From Myxococcota bacterium (GTDB lineage Bacteria; Myxococcota_A; Polyangia; Nannocystales; Nannocystaceae), in assembly GCA_039028615.1 (NCBI GenBank), contig JBCCHT010000042.1:43701-107700 (forward strand): a DNA stretch of 64,000 nt, given 5' to 3'. Numbering within the stretch: position 1 is the stretch's first letter; every line of letters begins with the position of its first letter. A program made the position numbers and the translations under genes. The notes beneath the pieces were generated by a model that was given only the letters and a program-made list of their open reading frames with translations, searched no databases and was not told the origin of the DNA. Of this stretch, positions 47,297 to 58,446 are shown one piece after another.

Positions 47297-47944
47297 ATGA
47301 AGATGAGTTCCTTGCTTGGCTTGACCCCTTTTTTCGCCTCGGCGCTGTTGCTGACCGGGTGCCCCGATGGGGGCGGTGGCAACAGCGAAACTACGAGCGC
47401 CGAAACCGAGTCCTCGGGCGAAACGGAGGCCGAAACCGATGGAGAGACGGAGGCCGAAACCGACGGAGAGACCGACGAGACCGCGTGCGGCACGAGCTGC
47501 GAGACCGCGGGTGAGACGGAAGGGGAGACCGAAGGTGAAACGGAGGGAGAGACGGAAGGCGAGACGGAAGGAGCGTGTACGCCCGAGGGCACGGAGTGTG
47601 GAGACGATCCGTGTTGCGAGGGGCTGGCCTGCGATGCGGAGACGAACACCTGCGAGGCGGCGGCCTGCGGCGCCGCGGGGGACGACTGTACGGAGTCCGA
47701 GTGTTGTGAGGGGCTCGTCTGCGGCGGGGAGAGCTCGCAGTGCGAAAAGCCGGCCGAGTGCGCCGGGCCCGATCAGGACTGCACGGAGATGAAGTGTTGC
47801 GACGGCCTGGCGTGCGATCCGAGCGCGTCTCAGTGCGTGGAAGAAGAGGCGACCTGCTCGAATGAAGGGGACGAATGCATCGAGCAGGGGTGCTGCGAGG
47901 GGCTGACCTGCGACGGCGAGAGCTCGCAGTGCGTGCCCGAGTAG
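47297..47944 (+). CDS. Glu-rich lipoprotein with four tandem 6-Cys (knottin-like) repeats
   Basis: Lipobox LLTGC; (ETEG)n linker; four C-x6-C-x4-CC-x4-C-x6-C units. Confidence 0.85.
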   Translation: MKMSSLLGLTPFFASALLLTGCPDGGGGNSETTSAETESSGETEAETDGETEAETDGETDETACGTSCETAGETEGETEGETEGETEGETEGACTPEGTECGDDPCCEGLACDAETNTCEAAACGAAGDDCTESECCEGLVCGGESSQCEKPAECAGPDQDCTEMKCCDGLACDPSASQCVEEEATCSNEGDECIEQGCCEGLTCDGESSQCVPE

Positions 47945-48049
47945 CGCGCCCACGGTGAGCGCGGGTGCGGTGGCGGCCATCGGCGGGGGCCAGGCTGCCG
48001 CCGCACTCGCGAACCGTCTTCGCGAATGCGAACCCGAGCGCGTGCTCGT

Positions 48050-49492
48050 CTACTCGAGCACGCGGAACTCGATGCGTCGGTTGTTGGCGCGGCCTTCGGG
48101 TGAGGCGTTGCTGTCGATGGGCTCGTCGGGGCCGGCACCACGGGTGATGATGCGCTCGGCCGAGACGCCGTGGTCGACGAGGTACTGCCTGACCGCGTCG
48201 GCCCGCTGCTGCGACAGCTTCATGTTGCGATCACGGTTGCCGCTGTTGTCGGTGTGGCCGCTGGCCTCGACGCGCAGGTGCTCGTACTTGAGCATGACCT
48301 CGACGGCCTTATCGAGCACGGGCAGCGAGTCCTTGGTGAGCCGGGCCTTGCCGAGCTCGAAGTTGATGCCGTCGAGGGTGCCGCCGAAGCTCTGGAGGTC
48401 GTCGGGGACTTCGTCGGGGCAGCCGTCGTCGTCCTCGAACTTGTTGACCGTCTCCGGTTTGTCGGGGCACTTGTCGTCGTCGCCCTCGATGCCGTCGCCA
48501 TCGGGGTCGGGATCGGGGCAGCCGGCGGGCTCGATCCCGGGCTCGTCGGGGCAGGCGTCCTCGGTGTCGACGAAGCCGTCGTTGTCCCGGTCGTCGGGCA
48601 GCGGGCAGCCATCGGGGGCGACGCCGGGCAGGTCGGGACACTTGTCCTCGGCGTCAGAGAAGCCGTCGCTGTCGCGATCGGAGGGGGTCAGGGGCGGCGG
48701 CTCGGGCTCGGGCTCGGGCTGCGCGTCGACGTCCTTTTTGCGGCCGAGGGTGAAGGACACGCCCAGCAGCACGCCGAGGTTGTTGGTGGCGCCTCCGCTG
48801 ACGCCGGTCCGCGGGGTGATGGTGTCGCGCAGGTCGAGCCGTACGGCGATCTGGCGGTTGATGTAGGCCTTGGCGCCGATGCCCAGGTGGAAGGTGGCGT
48901 CGACGTCGGTGCCGAGGATGACCTCGGGGTTGCTTCGAATGCCCAGCGCGCCCGCACCCACGACGACGAAGGGGGCGACGCTCCAAAAGGGCAGCTGCGC
49001 GACGGCGTGGGCTCGACCGGCGGCGAGGGTGACGGCGTAGCCATCCTCGAGGGTGGTGGTGGGCATGTAGGCGCCCTCGAGCTCGAGGCCCAAAAAGCGC
49101 AGGGGGAAGTAGCCGAAGCGGCCGCCGACGGCGGGGGCGATGCGGGCGAGCGGCAAGAACCCCTGGCGGGGTCGGCCGATGCGGGGCTCGAACAGCTCGA
49201 GGTCCTGCGCGGGCACGAACATGCCCACGAAGCCGCCGAGCTCGATCATGTTGCGCTCGGGCGCCCAGCGATCGATCCACGGCAGGTGCTCGCGTTTGCT
49301 GAGCTCTTGGTCGCCCTCGGCGGTGGCCTTCAGGCGACCTTGGAGCCCGCCTCGCTTGCCTTCGGGCTCGGCTTCGGTCGCATCACCATCGCCGCTCGCC
49401 TCGGGAGAGGGAGCGGCATGAGCCACGGCGGGGCCGATGGCCAAAAGCCCCGCCGCCAAGCCGACAGCATGGATCCTCGCGCAACGGGACAT
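48050..49492 (-). CDS. OmpA family protein with beta-barrel and thrombospondin type-3 repeats
   Basis: DxDxDG..D..D.CP repeats; INFELG, GHTD, LSQQRA, NRRIEF. Confidence 0.92.
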   Translation of the reverse strand: MSRCARIHAVGLAAGLLAIGPAVAHAAPSPEASGDGDATEAEPEGKRGGLQGRLKATAEGDQELSKREHLPWIDRWAPERNMIELGGFVGMFVPAQDLELFEPRIGRPRQGFLPLARIAPAVGGRFGYFPLRFLGLELEGAYMPTTTLEDGYAVTLAAGRAHAVAQLPFWSVAPFVVVGAGALGIRSNPEVILGTDVDATFHLGIGAKAYINRQIAVRLDLRDTITPRTGVSGGATNNLGVLLGVSFTLGRKKDVDAQPEPEPEPPPLTPSDRDSDGFSDAEDKCPDLPGVAPDGCPLPDDRDNDGFVDTEDACPDEPGIEPAGCPDPDPDGDGIEGDDDKCPDKPETVNKFEDDDGCPDEVPDDLQSFGGTLDGINFELGKARLTKDSLPVLDKAVEVMLKYEHLRVEASGHTDNSGNRDRNMKLSQQRADAVRQYLVDHGVSAERIITRGAGPDEPIDSNASPEGRANNRRIEFRVLE

Positions 49493-49566
49493 AGCCCCGT
49501 CATCGTGTCACGGGGCCCCACAGCCGGGGAAATTTTGCGGCTTTTTGCGCCTACATAGTCGGGCGT

Positions 49567-50721
<1,155 letters not shown>

Positions 50722-50799
50722 GCCGAAGGTGTACCGCAGAGCACTTGCAGCCGCGGTCCGTTGGCGTTGTGGATCCTCACCGAGGGGACCGGCGTGCGG

Positions 50800-52017
50800 T
50801 CAACCAAACAGGGCGGCGATGTCGGCGTGACGGGCCTTGGCGTCGTGGTAGCCCAGATGCATCAGCGTCTTGAGGTAATCGGGATCGAAGAGCACGTAGC
50901 TGGCGAGGTCGTCCTCGGGCATCTGGTCGCCATGTGCGGAACGCCGCAACCACCGGGCCATGACCCCGCTGTACCGAGACAGGCCGTGCTTGCGGATGAT
51001 GTCGTGGGCGATCTCTCCGAGGTTCTGGCTGGGTCGCACCAGGACGATCTCGACGGGGACGTAGGGTCGGCCCTTGCGGCCCGAGATGGCGGCGCCGATC
51101 TGTGCTCCGAAGTCGGGCCCGAACATCTCGGAGCCAGCTTCGATCAGCTGGTTCATGCGCTGGATTCGCGAGATGTCGGCCTCGAGCTTGTCGAGCATCA
51201 TGCCGTCGAGCAGCTTGCCCGCCACGAACATCGCGTTGGGGGAGATGTTCTTGGCGCGCTCGCGGGCTCGGTCTTCGGCGACGCGCCGGGCGTCCTCGTG
51301 ACGGAGGCCGATGACCAGCAGGCGGTTGGCGCCCAGCCGCATCGCGGGGCGGATGGGCGTGTTCTGTCGCAGGCTGCCGTCGACGTAGTAGCTGTCGTCG
51401 ATGCGCACGGCGGGGAACAGGATGGGGATGGCGGCCGAGGCCAGCGTGTGCGCGGCGGTGATGGTGGTCGGGACGACGCGCTGGCCGGGCCCGGTGGGCC
51501 AGGGAGGCAGCGCGCCCGTGCGCGTCTGTACGAACACGGTGGTGGTGCCGGTGGCCAGCTCGGTGGCGGTGCACGAAAACGCGTGCAGGTGGCCGCGGCT
51601 GAGGTTGCGACGCAGGCCGTCCCAGGGCACGCGGTCTCGCACGAACCGCTCGATGTAGCCGGAGTCGACCACGCCGCCGATGGTCTCGATCTCGTCGGCG
51701 CGGGGTGACTGCCGCCCGAAGAGCACCTGCGGCAGGTTGCGGACCTGCGACCAGCCGACCTTGTACATCTGGTCGAGCTGTAGCTCGGACCATACGCGGG
51801 CGAGGGTGCGGGTCTGGGCGCGGGGGCGGTCGACGGTGGACGCGATGTACGAGCCGTTGATGGCGCCTACGCTGCTGCCCGTGATGACGTGGAACCGGCA
51901 GGTGCGCTCGATCTGCTCGCGGATGTAGCGGAGCACACCCACCTCGTAGGCCCCGCGGGCGCCTCCGCCCGAGAGCACGAGCCCCACGCGGGGCTCATCG
52001 GCCTCGTCGGCAGACAC
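50800..52017 (-). CDS. Patatin-like phospholipase
   Basis: LSGGGARGAY, GSSVG, SAAIP, DGS. Confidence 0.92.
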   Translation of the reverse strand: MSADEADEPRVGLVLSGGGARGAYEVGVLRYIREQIERTCRFHVITGSSVGAINGSYIASTVDRPRAQTRTLARVWSELQLDQMYKVGWSQVRNLPQVLFGRQSPRADEIETIGGVVDSGYIERFVRDRVPWDGLRRNLSRGHLHAFSCTATELATGTTTVFVQTRTGALPPWPTGPGQRVVPTTITAAHTLASAAIPILFPAVRIDDSYYVDGSLRQNTPIRPAMRLGANRLLVIGLRHEDARRVAEDRARERAKNISPNAMFVAGKLLDGMMLDKLEADISRIQRMNQLIEAGSEMFGPDFGAQIGAAISGRKGRPYVPVEIVLVRPSQNLGEIAHDIIRKHGLSRYSGVMARWLRRSAHGDQMPEDDLASYVLFDPDYLKTLMHLGYHDAKARHADIAALFG

Positions 52018-52023
52018 GTCGGC

Positions 52024-52758
52024 TCAAAAACCGATCGGGTAGCACGGGCAGGCACCGCCCGCGCAAGACGACGGCGGCGCCGCGTTCTCTTCGAGCAACG
52101 ACACCGGCTGCGGACCGACGAGCCGGCCCCCGTCCTGCGGATATTGCTCGACCCGCGACTTCAGCGTGGCGTCGTCGGGGCTGGCCACGATCGCGTCCAT
52201 GTCGGCGTTGGTCAGGAAGGGCACCTCGATCTCCATCGAGCCGCGGATCGGGCCGTTGCTGGTGGTGGTGCCGATGGTGAACTCGACCTCGGTGCCGTAT
52301 TGGCACTGGGCCTGGTCGAACTGACCGAAGGCATCGGCCGGGCACGCGCTGTTGCTGTTGCCGTTGATCCACGTCAGGGCGAGCGCCTCGCAGCGGCTGC
52401 CGATGCACGAGAACGTGTGTCGGAACTCGAACGATGCAGGCGTGATGCATGGGTGCAGGCACGGCCGCATGAGCACGGGCAGCGGGGCGCCCGACTGCGA
52501 CTCGGCGGGGACACAAACTTCACCCCGGAAGAACGGGATGACCTTGTCGGTGAACGTGCCCGCGGCCGGATTTTCAGTCGAGCTGGTGTCGAGATCGGCG
52601 TCGATGCACTCGAGTGCATCGAGGTCGCAAACCTGGCCTCGCGTAGCGCAGGGGCGGTTTTCGTCGCATGGAGACATCTCGGCTTGTGGCCCACATGCAC
52701 CTGCGTAAAGGCCCAGTCCGATGCCCAGTGTCCACCCAATGATTCGTCGTTCGTTCAC
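52024..52758 (-). CDS. Cys-rich lipoprotein
   Basis: GTG start, then IIGWTLGIGLGLYAGAC; many Cys; 3' part of ORF 52024..53730. Confidence 0.7.
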   Translation of the reverse strand: MNERRIIGWTLGIGLGLYAGACGPQAEMSPCDENRPCATRGQVCDLDALECIDADLDTSSTENPAAGTFTDKVIPFFRGEVCVPAESQSGAPLPVLMRPCLHPCITPASFEFRHTFSCIGSRCEALALTWINGNSNSACPADAFGQFDQAQCQYGTEVEFTIGTTTSNGPIRGSMEIEVPFLTNADMDAIVASPDDATLKSRVEQYPQDGGRLVGPQPVSLLEENAAPPSSCAGGACPCYPIGF

Positions 52759-53022
52759 GGCGTCCGCTTTCCCCGTTGGCTCACGTAGAGCAATGAAATT
52801 CGCGTCCGCCTTACTGGACCGGCAGCGTCCAACGGATGCAATCCTCACTTTACCGGATCGTCGCGGCGGCTCGCCAACAAACGCGCTGGTTCCGCTGAGC
52901 GGTGGGAGTTTGCCCCGAGGACCGGCCTTATGGGAGGGTCCGGTCAGGCGCGCGACTGACCGATCCGGGGAGGACTCGGCATGGTCACGGCCAAACCTGA
53001 CTGAGTAGAAGGATAAGGGACC

Positions 53023-53634
53023 ATGAAGAAGATCGAGACTTTGTTTGGCCTGGTTGGCTTGACCGTCGCTCTTGCCGGCTGCCCCGGTGACGACAGTGGT
53101 GACACCAGCACCACCGACGCGGCGACCACCATCGCGGCGACGACCGAGGCGACGACCGAGCAGGCGACCACCGACGAGGCGACGACCGAGCAGGCGACGA
53201 CCGACGAGCCCGCGACCGAAGAGGGTGGCGACACCACCACGACCGGCGCGCCCGCCTGCGATCCCGCCTGTGCCGCCGGCGAAGAGTGCATCGACGGCGT
53301 TTGCTTCCCCACGGGCGGCGACACCACCACCACCGGCACCACCCCCGACGGCAGCGACTACGGTCCCTGTGACTCCTGTGCTCCCGGCGAGATGCCGGTC
53401 ATGATCACCGGCCTCGAGGGCTGCTTCTGCTCGCCCATGTGCGACGGTCAGGGCTCCATGTGCCCCGCGCCCAACGAGGGCACCGGCCAGGCGCAGTGCG
53501 CCCTGGAGACGATGGCGGGCGCTGGCCCCTCGCAGTGCGCCCTGCTGTGCATGGTGGGCGGCACCGACTGCCCGCCGGGCGCCACGTGCCAGGACACTGG
53601 CATGATGGGCGTCGGCCTGTGCACCCACCCGTAA
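53023..53634 (+). CDS. Thr-rich, Cys-rich lipoprotein
   Basis: Purine-rich RBS; lipobox LAGC; (TTEQATTDE) repeats; Cys-rich C-terminus. Confidence 0.85.
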   Translation: MKKIETLFGLVGLTVALAGCPGDDSGDTSTTDAATTIAATTEATTEQATTDEATTEQATTDEPATEEGGDTTTTGAPACDPACAAGEECIDGVCFPTGGDTTTTGTTPDGSDYGPCDSCAPGEMPVMITGLEGCFCSPMCDGQGSMCPAPNEGTGQAQCALETMAGAGPSQCALLCMVGGTDCPPGATCQDTGMMGVGLCTHP

Positions 53635-53665
53635 GCGGTGGCTGAAACGGGCGCTTTGGCGCTCG

Positions 53666-53697
53666 AGAGCCGGGATTGGCGACGATCCCGGCTCTTT
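53666..53697 (+). terminator. Putative intrinsic terminator
   Basis: AGAGCCGGGAT-N8-ATCCCGGCTCT-TT downstream of 53634. Confidence 0.65.
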
Positions 53698-53816
53698 ACG
53701 TTGGTTGGCCCCGGACCGCCGCGTCGCCAACGCTTCGGGACAGCGTTCCCTCGGTGGAACGATCGGTATCAGGCCTGAGGTGGGCCGCTACTGACCGTTG
53801 ATTACCCCTCGGCCCG

Positions 53817-54068
53817 ATGGTGAAAATAGGGGGCGGGTTGATGGCGATCCTGGTGGACGAGGCGGAGTCGGACGCGAGCCGACGCTACACGGACGAGGGC
53901 ATCACGGTGGTGGCTCTCGATCGCCGTGGTCGTGGCTTGCATCGGGCCCGCCCCGAGCGGCGGTCCCACGGCCGAAGTCGTCGCGCGCCCGCGGCCCGCC
54001 GCTGGGTGGCCCCCGTGGCGTTCTTGGTCGTCGCGCTGGTCGTGCTGGCGATCGCCCAGCTGTGGTGA
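53817..54068 (+). CDS. Small hypothetical membrane protein
   Basis: C-terminal hydrophobic helix; fills the gap between genes. Confidence 0.45.
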   Translation: MVKIGGGLMAILVDEAESDASRRYTDEGITVVALDRRGRGLHRARPERRSHGRSRRAPAARRWVAPVAFLVVALVVLAIAQLW

Positions 54069-54090
54069 GCCGGGCGCTCGCGGGCTCGAC

Positions 54091-54414
54091 TCAGTCGGCG
54101 CTGGTCGTCGCGAGCATCTGCGCGAGCTCGCCGTTCGCGTCCATCTCACGCACGATGTCGCAGCCGCCGACGAACTCGCCGTTGATGTAAAGCTGCGGGA
54201 TGGTCGGCCACTCGGCGTAGTCCTTCACCCCTTCGCGGACGGCGTTGTCCTGCAGCACGTTGAAGTGGTGGAATTTGGCGCCGTGCTTCTTGAGCACGCC
54301 GACCACGGCACCCGAGAACCCGCACTGGGGGAAGGTGGGGTTGCCCTTCATGAACAACATCACCGAGTTGTTTTGGACCAGGGTGTCGATGAACTTGCGG
54401 GTATTGTCCTGCAT
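54091..54414 (-). CDS. grxD: Monothiol glutaredoxin
   Basis: LFMKG..TFPQCGFS, WPTIPQLYINGEFVGGCDI. Confidence 0.95.
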   Translation of the reverse strand: MQDNTRKFIDTLVQNNSVMLFMKGNPTFPQCGFSGAVVGVLKKHGAKFHHFNVLQDNAVREGVKDYAEWPTIPQLYINGEFVGGCDIVREMDANGELAQMLATTSAD

Positions 54415-54564
54415 GGGCGTGGAACCTGACGTGGCGTTACATATAGGTCGCGGCGCGGGGCTTTCAAGGGTCTTGGCGCTCCCGGGAGGGCGCGGCGAAT
54501 GCGTCGGCCCCGTGGCGCGTTTGACAACCGGCTGGGCCGAGGTGGTACCGGTACTGGGTCTCCG

Positions 54565-55353
54565 ATGACGCGTGAACACCGCAACCCCCTGCTTCGGCGA
54601 AGCGTGCTGACCGGCGTGGGCTCGATGGTCGGGGCCTCGCTGTTGCCCCGCACGGCCGCAGCCGACCGTTACGGCCCCACGGGGGGCACCCGGCTGCTGG
54701 TCATCGGCGACAGCCTGATCGCGGGTGGCTTCGGGCTCTACCTGGCCCGGGCGCTGGGCGAGGAGCACGGCTACGACGTCACCCGCCGCGGCAAGAGCAG
54801 CACGGGGCTGGCGCGGCCGGACTTCTTCGACTGGATGAAGGAAGCGAAGCGCCTCGTGGGAGAAACCCCTTTCGACGCCTCGCTGGTGATGTTCGGCGGC
54901 AATGACGTGCAGGGCCTGCACATGGGCGGCGACGACTGGATCCGCTGGCCCGAGGAGGGGTGGTCGGCCGAATATGCCCGCCGGGTGGCCGCGCTCGCGG
55001 AGTTATTGGCCCCCAACCGCCAGCAGTTGTTCTGGGTCGGCATGCCCGTGATGCGGCCGCCCAAGTTCAATGCCCGCATGGGCCGCGTGAACACCATCTT
55101 CCGCGCGGAGATGGCGATCCGCCGCAAGTCCAAGTTCATCGACATCTGGCCCGTGCTGGCGGACGAAAATGGCGACTACGCCGACCGGATCTACGTCACG
55201 AGCGAGGGCGAGAGCGAGGGCGACGGCAAGGCTCGTCGCAAGAAGGTCACGGTGCGCGCGGGGGACGGGATCCACTTCACCGTCTCCGGCTCCGTCTACC
55301 TGGCCGCCCACGTGCAGGCGATCGTGCACGGCGTCCTGTCGGCGGGTTCCTGA
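54565..55353 (+). CDS. DUF459/SGNH hydrolase with Tat signal
   Basis: LRRSVL twin-Arg; IGDS, STGLARPDFFDW, GGND, DGIHF. Confidence 0.85.
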   Translation: MTREHRNPLLRRSVLTGVGSMVGASLLPRTAAADRYGPTGGTRLLVIGDSLIAGGFGLYLARALGEEHGYDVTRRGKSSTGLARPDFFDWMKEAKRLVGETPFDASLVMFGGNDVQGLHMGGDDWIRWPEEGWSAEYARRVAALAELLAPNRQQLFWVGMPVMRPPKFNARMGRVNTIFRAEMAIRRKSKFIDIWPVLADENGDYADRIYVTSEGESEGDGKARRKKVTVRAGDGIHFTVSGSVYLAAHVQAIVHGVLSAGS

Positions 55354-55482
55354 GCGGTCTGCGGGCCGGGACCGTGACTCCGGGCGGTTCGCGCACCGGA
55401 GCTGCCGCACGGTGGGTGGAGCCCGAGCCGGGCGCGTGAACCCGCACCGCGTCAAGTGCGCAGGTCGGCTGGCCGCGCGCGG

Positions 55483-58392
55483 ATGTTTTGTGCAACAGTG
55501 GCCGCCGTTTTGGCGGCGCCAAAACCAAAAGGCGGCCGAGAAGCCCTGAGCGATCGCTGGATCGGCTGGGTGTTTCGGCACCACAAGAAGATCCTGCTCT
55601 TCGCCGCGTTCATGACGGTCATCGCGGGCGTCATGGCCGCGCGCCTGAAGATCGACAGCGATCTTCGAGCGCTGCTGCCCGTCGATCACCCGGTGGTGCG
55701 AAGCCTCGAGAAGATCGAGTCGACCTTCGGCAGCACCAACAGCGTCAACGTGTTGGCCAAGGGGGGCACGGCCGAGCAGCGCCATGCCTTCACCGACGCG
55801 CTCGAGGAGCGACTCGAAGGGCACCCGCTGTTCCGCGATGTCGAGCACGGCCTGCGCGGACGCTTCTTTGCCGAGCGCGCGCTCTTCTATCTGTCCGATG
55901 CGGAGATGGACGAGCTCGAGGAGCGCATCGACGCCTGGACGCACTACAAGCTGTGCTCGGCCGAGCCCGACGCCTGCCTGACCGCGCCCGACGAGACCGC
56001 GCCCACGAAGCTGCGCGAGTTCATCGAGGACAAGCGTAGCCAGTCGTACGAGCGCACGGGATTCCGCGATCGCTACGAGCGGGAGGGCATCGAGGCCGAG
56101 GTCATGCTCGTGCACCCGTACGAGCCCGCCAACCAGCTCGATACCGCGGTCGAGGTCACGGCCGAGATCCGCACGGTGGCCAAGGAGGTCTTCGACGAGC
56201 CGGGGGCATGGACCGGCGGCGAGATGACCTACAACATCCTCGGCCCCTACGTGACCAAGGCCGACGAGCAGGCCACGGTCCGCCGCGACATGGCCAGCAG
56301 CGGCCTGATCGCGTTCATCGGGGTCATCGCCATCCTCTACTTCCTGTTCCGCTCGCATCGAGCGGTGCTGGTGTTGCTGGTCCCGCTGATGTGCGGCGTG
56401 ACCTGGTCGCTGGCCGCCACCCAGCTGGTGCTCGGCCACCTCAACGCCATGACCAGCACGATCTCCACCGTGGTGATGGGGGTGGGGATCGACGCGGGCA
56501 TTCACTTCTTCAGTCGAGCCAAGCGGGCCCGGGTCGATCACGACGACGGCGAGGCGATCCGTCGCGCCTTCGACGGCCTGGTGGTGCCCCTGCTGGTCGC
56601 GTCGAGCACCACCATCGGCGCCTTCGCCAGCATGGCGAGCTCCGACTTCCCCGCCTTCCGCGAGTTCGGAATCATCGCCGCGCTCGGCGTGGGTCTGTGC
56701 CTGCTGAGCATGGTCACCGTGCTCCCGGCCCTGTGCTACCTGGTCGGCATCAAAAAGCGGATTCCCCGGCGCTCCGTTCACGAATACAGCTGGGCCACGC
56801 GAGCCGTGCTCGCTCGCCCGGGGCTGCTCTTCCTCGGTCTGGTCGTGCTGGGCTTTGTGGGCCTGCAGCTGTCGCGCAGCGTCGAGTTCGAATACAACGG
56901 CCGCGAGCTGCAGTCGGATCGGGCCCGGGTCTACGGCGAGCCCGACGCGAAGCTCATCTCCAAGATCTTCGGCAAGGACATCCACGCCAGCGTGCTGGTG
57001 CGGCCGACCTACGAAGAAGCCCGCGACACGCTGGCCTTGGCCCGCACGCGGCACGAGGAGCGCAAGGCCAAGGGCGACTCGGTGGTGGCCGAGCTGTTCG
57101 GGGTGTCGGACTTGATGCCCGACGCCTCCATCGACATGCAGGCGCGGGCGCAGCGGGTGAAGGGGCTGTCGTCGGAGCACGACGACATGCTCGATGCCCT
57201 GCGCGAGCGGGCCGGTCTGCCCCCACGGGAGCGCACGCCCGACGAGGACGAGGGCGACGGCGGCGACTGGGACGAGCCCGAGGACTGGGACGACGAGGGC
57301 GACGACGAGTCGGAGTCCGAATCGGCCGACGCCAAGGACACGGCGCCGTCGGGCGATGTCGAGGTCGGCGACGACTGGGACGACTGGGACGGCAGCGACG
57401 ACGACGAGGACGACGCGCCCGCGGACGACGACGCCGCGAAGGGCAGCGCGCCCGAGACTCCCGCGGCCGACGGCGCAACGAAGACTCCGGCGGCCGAAGG
57501 CGACGCGTCGAAGAGCGACGCGACCGAGAAGAAGGCCGAGCCCGCCGCCGCCGAGGCCCCGGCACCGAAGAAGGCCGAGCCCGCTGCCACCGAGGCCCCC
57601 GCGCCGAAGAAGGCCGAGGGCGAAGGCGACGACGAGCTGTCCAAAGAAGACGCCGCGCTGATGCTCGCGATGCTCGAGGCCGAGCCCTTCACCGTGGAGG
57701 ACCTGCCTCCGAAGCTGCTCAACAAGGTCCGCGCGAGCAACGGCTCGTACGGCCTGTTCGCCTATCCCGACTTCGACGTCGCGGACATGCGACAGGGCAT
57801 GGTCTTCATGGACGAGACCTCCTCGTACCTCGAAGACCCGAGCGAAGGGATCTTCGTCGGCGAGGCGGTCGTCTACGCCGCGATGTACCTGATGCTGCGC
57901 GAAGAAGCGCCCGTGGTGCTCGGCATGGCCGCGGTGCTCATCGGGGTGCTCGTGTTCTGGCAGCTGCGGTCCATCCCGCTGATGCTGATGACCCTCGTCC
58001 CGCTGATCTTGGCCATGGTCTGGCTGCTCGGGGTGATGGCGTCCATCGACATGCGCTTCACCTTGTTCAACCTGCCCATCCTCCCGGCAATCTTGGGGAT
58101 CGGCGTGGACAATGGCGTCTATTTGACCGATCGAATTCGCCGCGCGGTGGAGTCCAACGATAGCCTGGCCAACGCGCTCCAGGAGACGGGCGGCGCGATC
58201 CTGGCCGCCACCGCGACCACGGCGGTGGGCTTTGCCGCCTTCATGGTCGCCGACTCGGGTGGCGTGCGAAGCATCGGCAGCCTGGCCGTGCTGGGCATCG
58301 TCCTCGCCGCCATGGGAGCCCTGCTGGTGCTGCCCACGCTCACCGCCCTGTTCTGGCAAGGTCGACGCGCACGACAGCGCGCTCGGTCCTGA
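55483..58392 (+). CDS. MMPL/RND family transporter (HpnN-like)
   Basis: Two TM bundles with GVGIDAGIH and GIGVDNGVY; start uncertain (55456-55510). Confidence 0.88.
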   Translation: MFCATVAAVLAAPKPKGGREALSDRWIGWVFRHHKKILLFAAFMTVIAGVMAARLKIDSDLRALLPVDHPVVRSLEKIESTFGSTNSVNVLAKGGTAEQRHAFTDALEERLEGHPLFRDVEHGLRGRFFAERALFYLSDAEMDELEERIDAWTHYKLCSAEPDACLTAPDETAPTKLREFIEDKRSQSYERTGFRDRYEREGIEAEVMLVHPYEPANQLDTAVEVTAEIRTVAKEVFDEPGAWTGGEMTYNILGPYVTKADEQATVRRDMASSGLIAFIGVIAILYFLFRSHRAVLVLLVPLMCGVTWSLAATQLVLGHLNAMTSTISTVVMGVGIDAGIHFFSRAKRARVDHDDGEAIRRAFDGLVVPLLVASSTTIGAFASMASSDFPAFREFGIIAALGVGLCLLSMVTVLPALCYLVGIKKRIPRRSVHEYSWATRAVLARPGLLFLGLVVLGFVGLQLSRSVEFEYNGRELQSDRARVYGEPDAKLISKIFGKDIHASVLVRPTYEEARDTLALARTRHEERKAKGDSVVAELFGVSDLMPDASIDMQARAQRVKGLSSEHDDMLDALRERAGLPPRERTPDEDEGDGGDWDEPEDWDDEGDDESESESADAKDTAPSGDVEVGDDWDDWDGSDDDEDDAPADDDAAKGSAPETPAADGATKTPAAEGDASKSDATEKKAEPAAAEAPAPKKAEPAATEAPAPKKAEGEGDDELSKEDAALMLAMLEAEPFTVEDLPPKLLNKVRASNGSYGLFAYPDFDVADMRQGMVFMDETSSYLEDPSEGIFVGEAVVYAAMYLMLREEAPVVLGMAAVLIGVLVFWQLRSIPLMLMTLVPLILAMVWLLGVMASIDMRFTLFNLPILPAILGIGVDNGVYLTDRIRRAVESNDSLANALQETGGAILAATATTAVGFAAFMVADSGGVRSIGSLAVLGIVLAAMGALLVLPTLTALFWQGRRARQRARS
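57529..57618 (+). repeat. 39-bp in-frame tandem repeat (KKAEPAAxEAPAP x2.3)
   Basis: AAGAAGGCCGAG recurs at 57529, 57568 and 57607. Confidence 0.8.
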
Positions 58393-58446
58393 CGCGCGGA
58401 GCAGTCCTTCTCCGCGAGCCGGGCCCGTTCGCTTCGGGTCGAGTCT

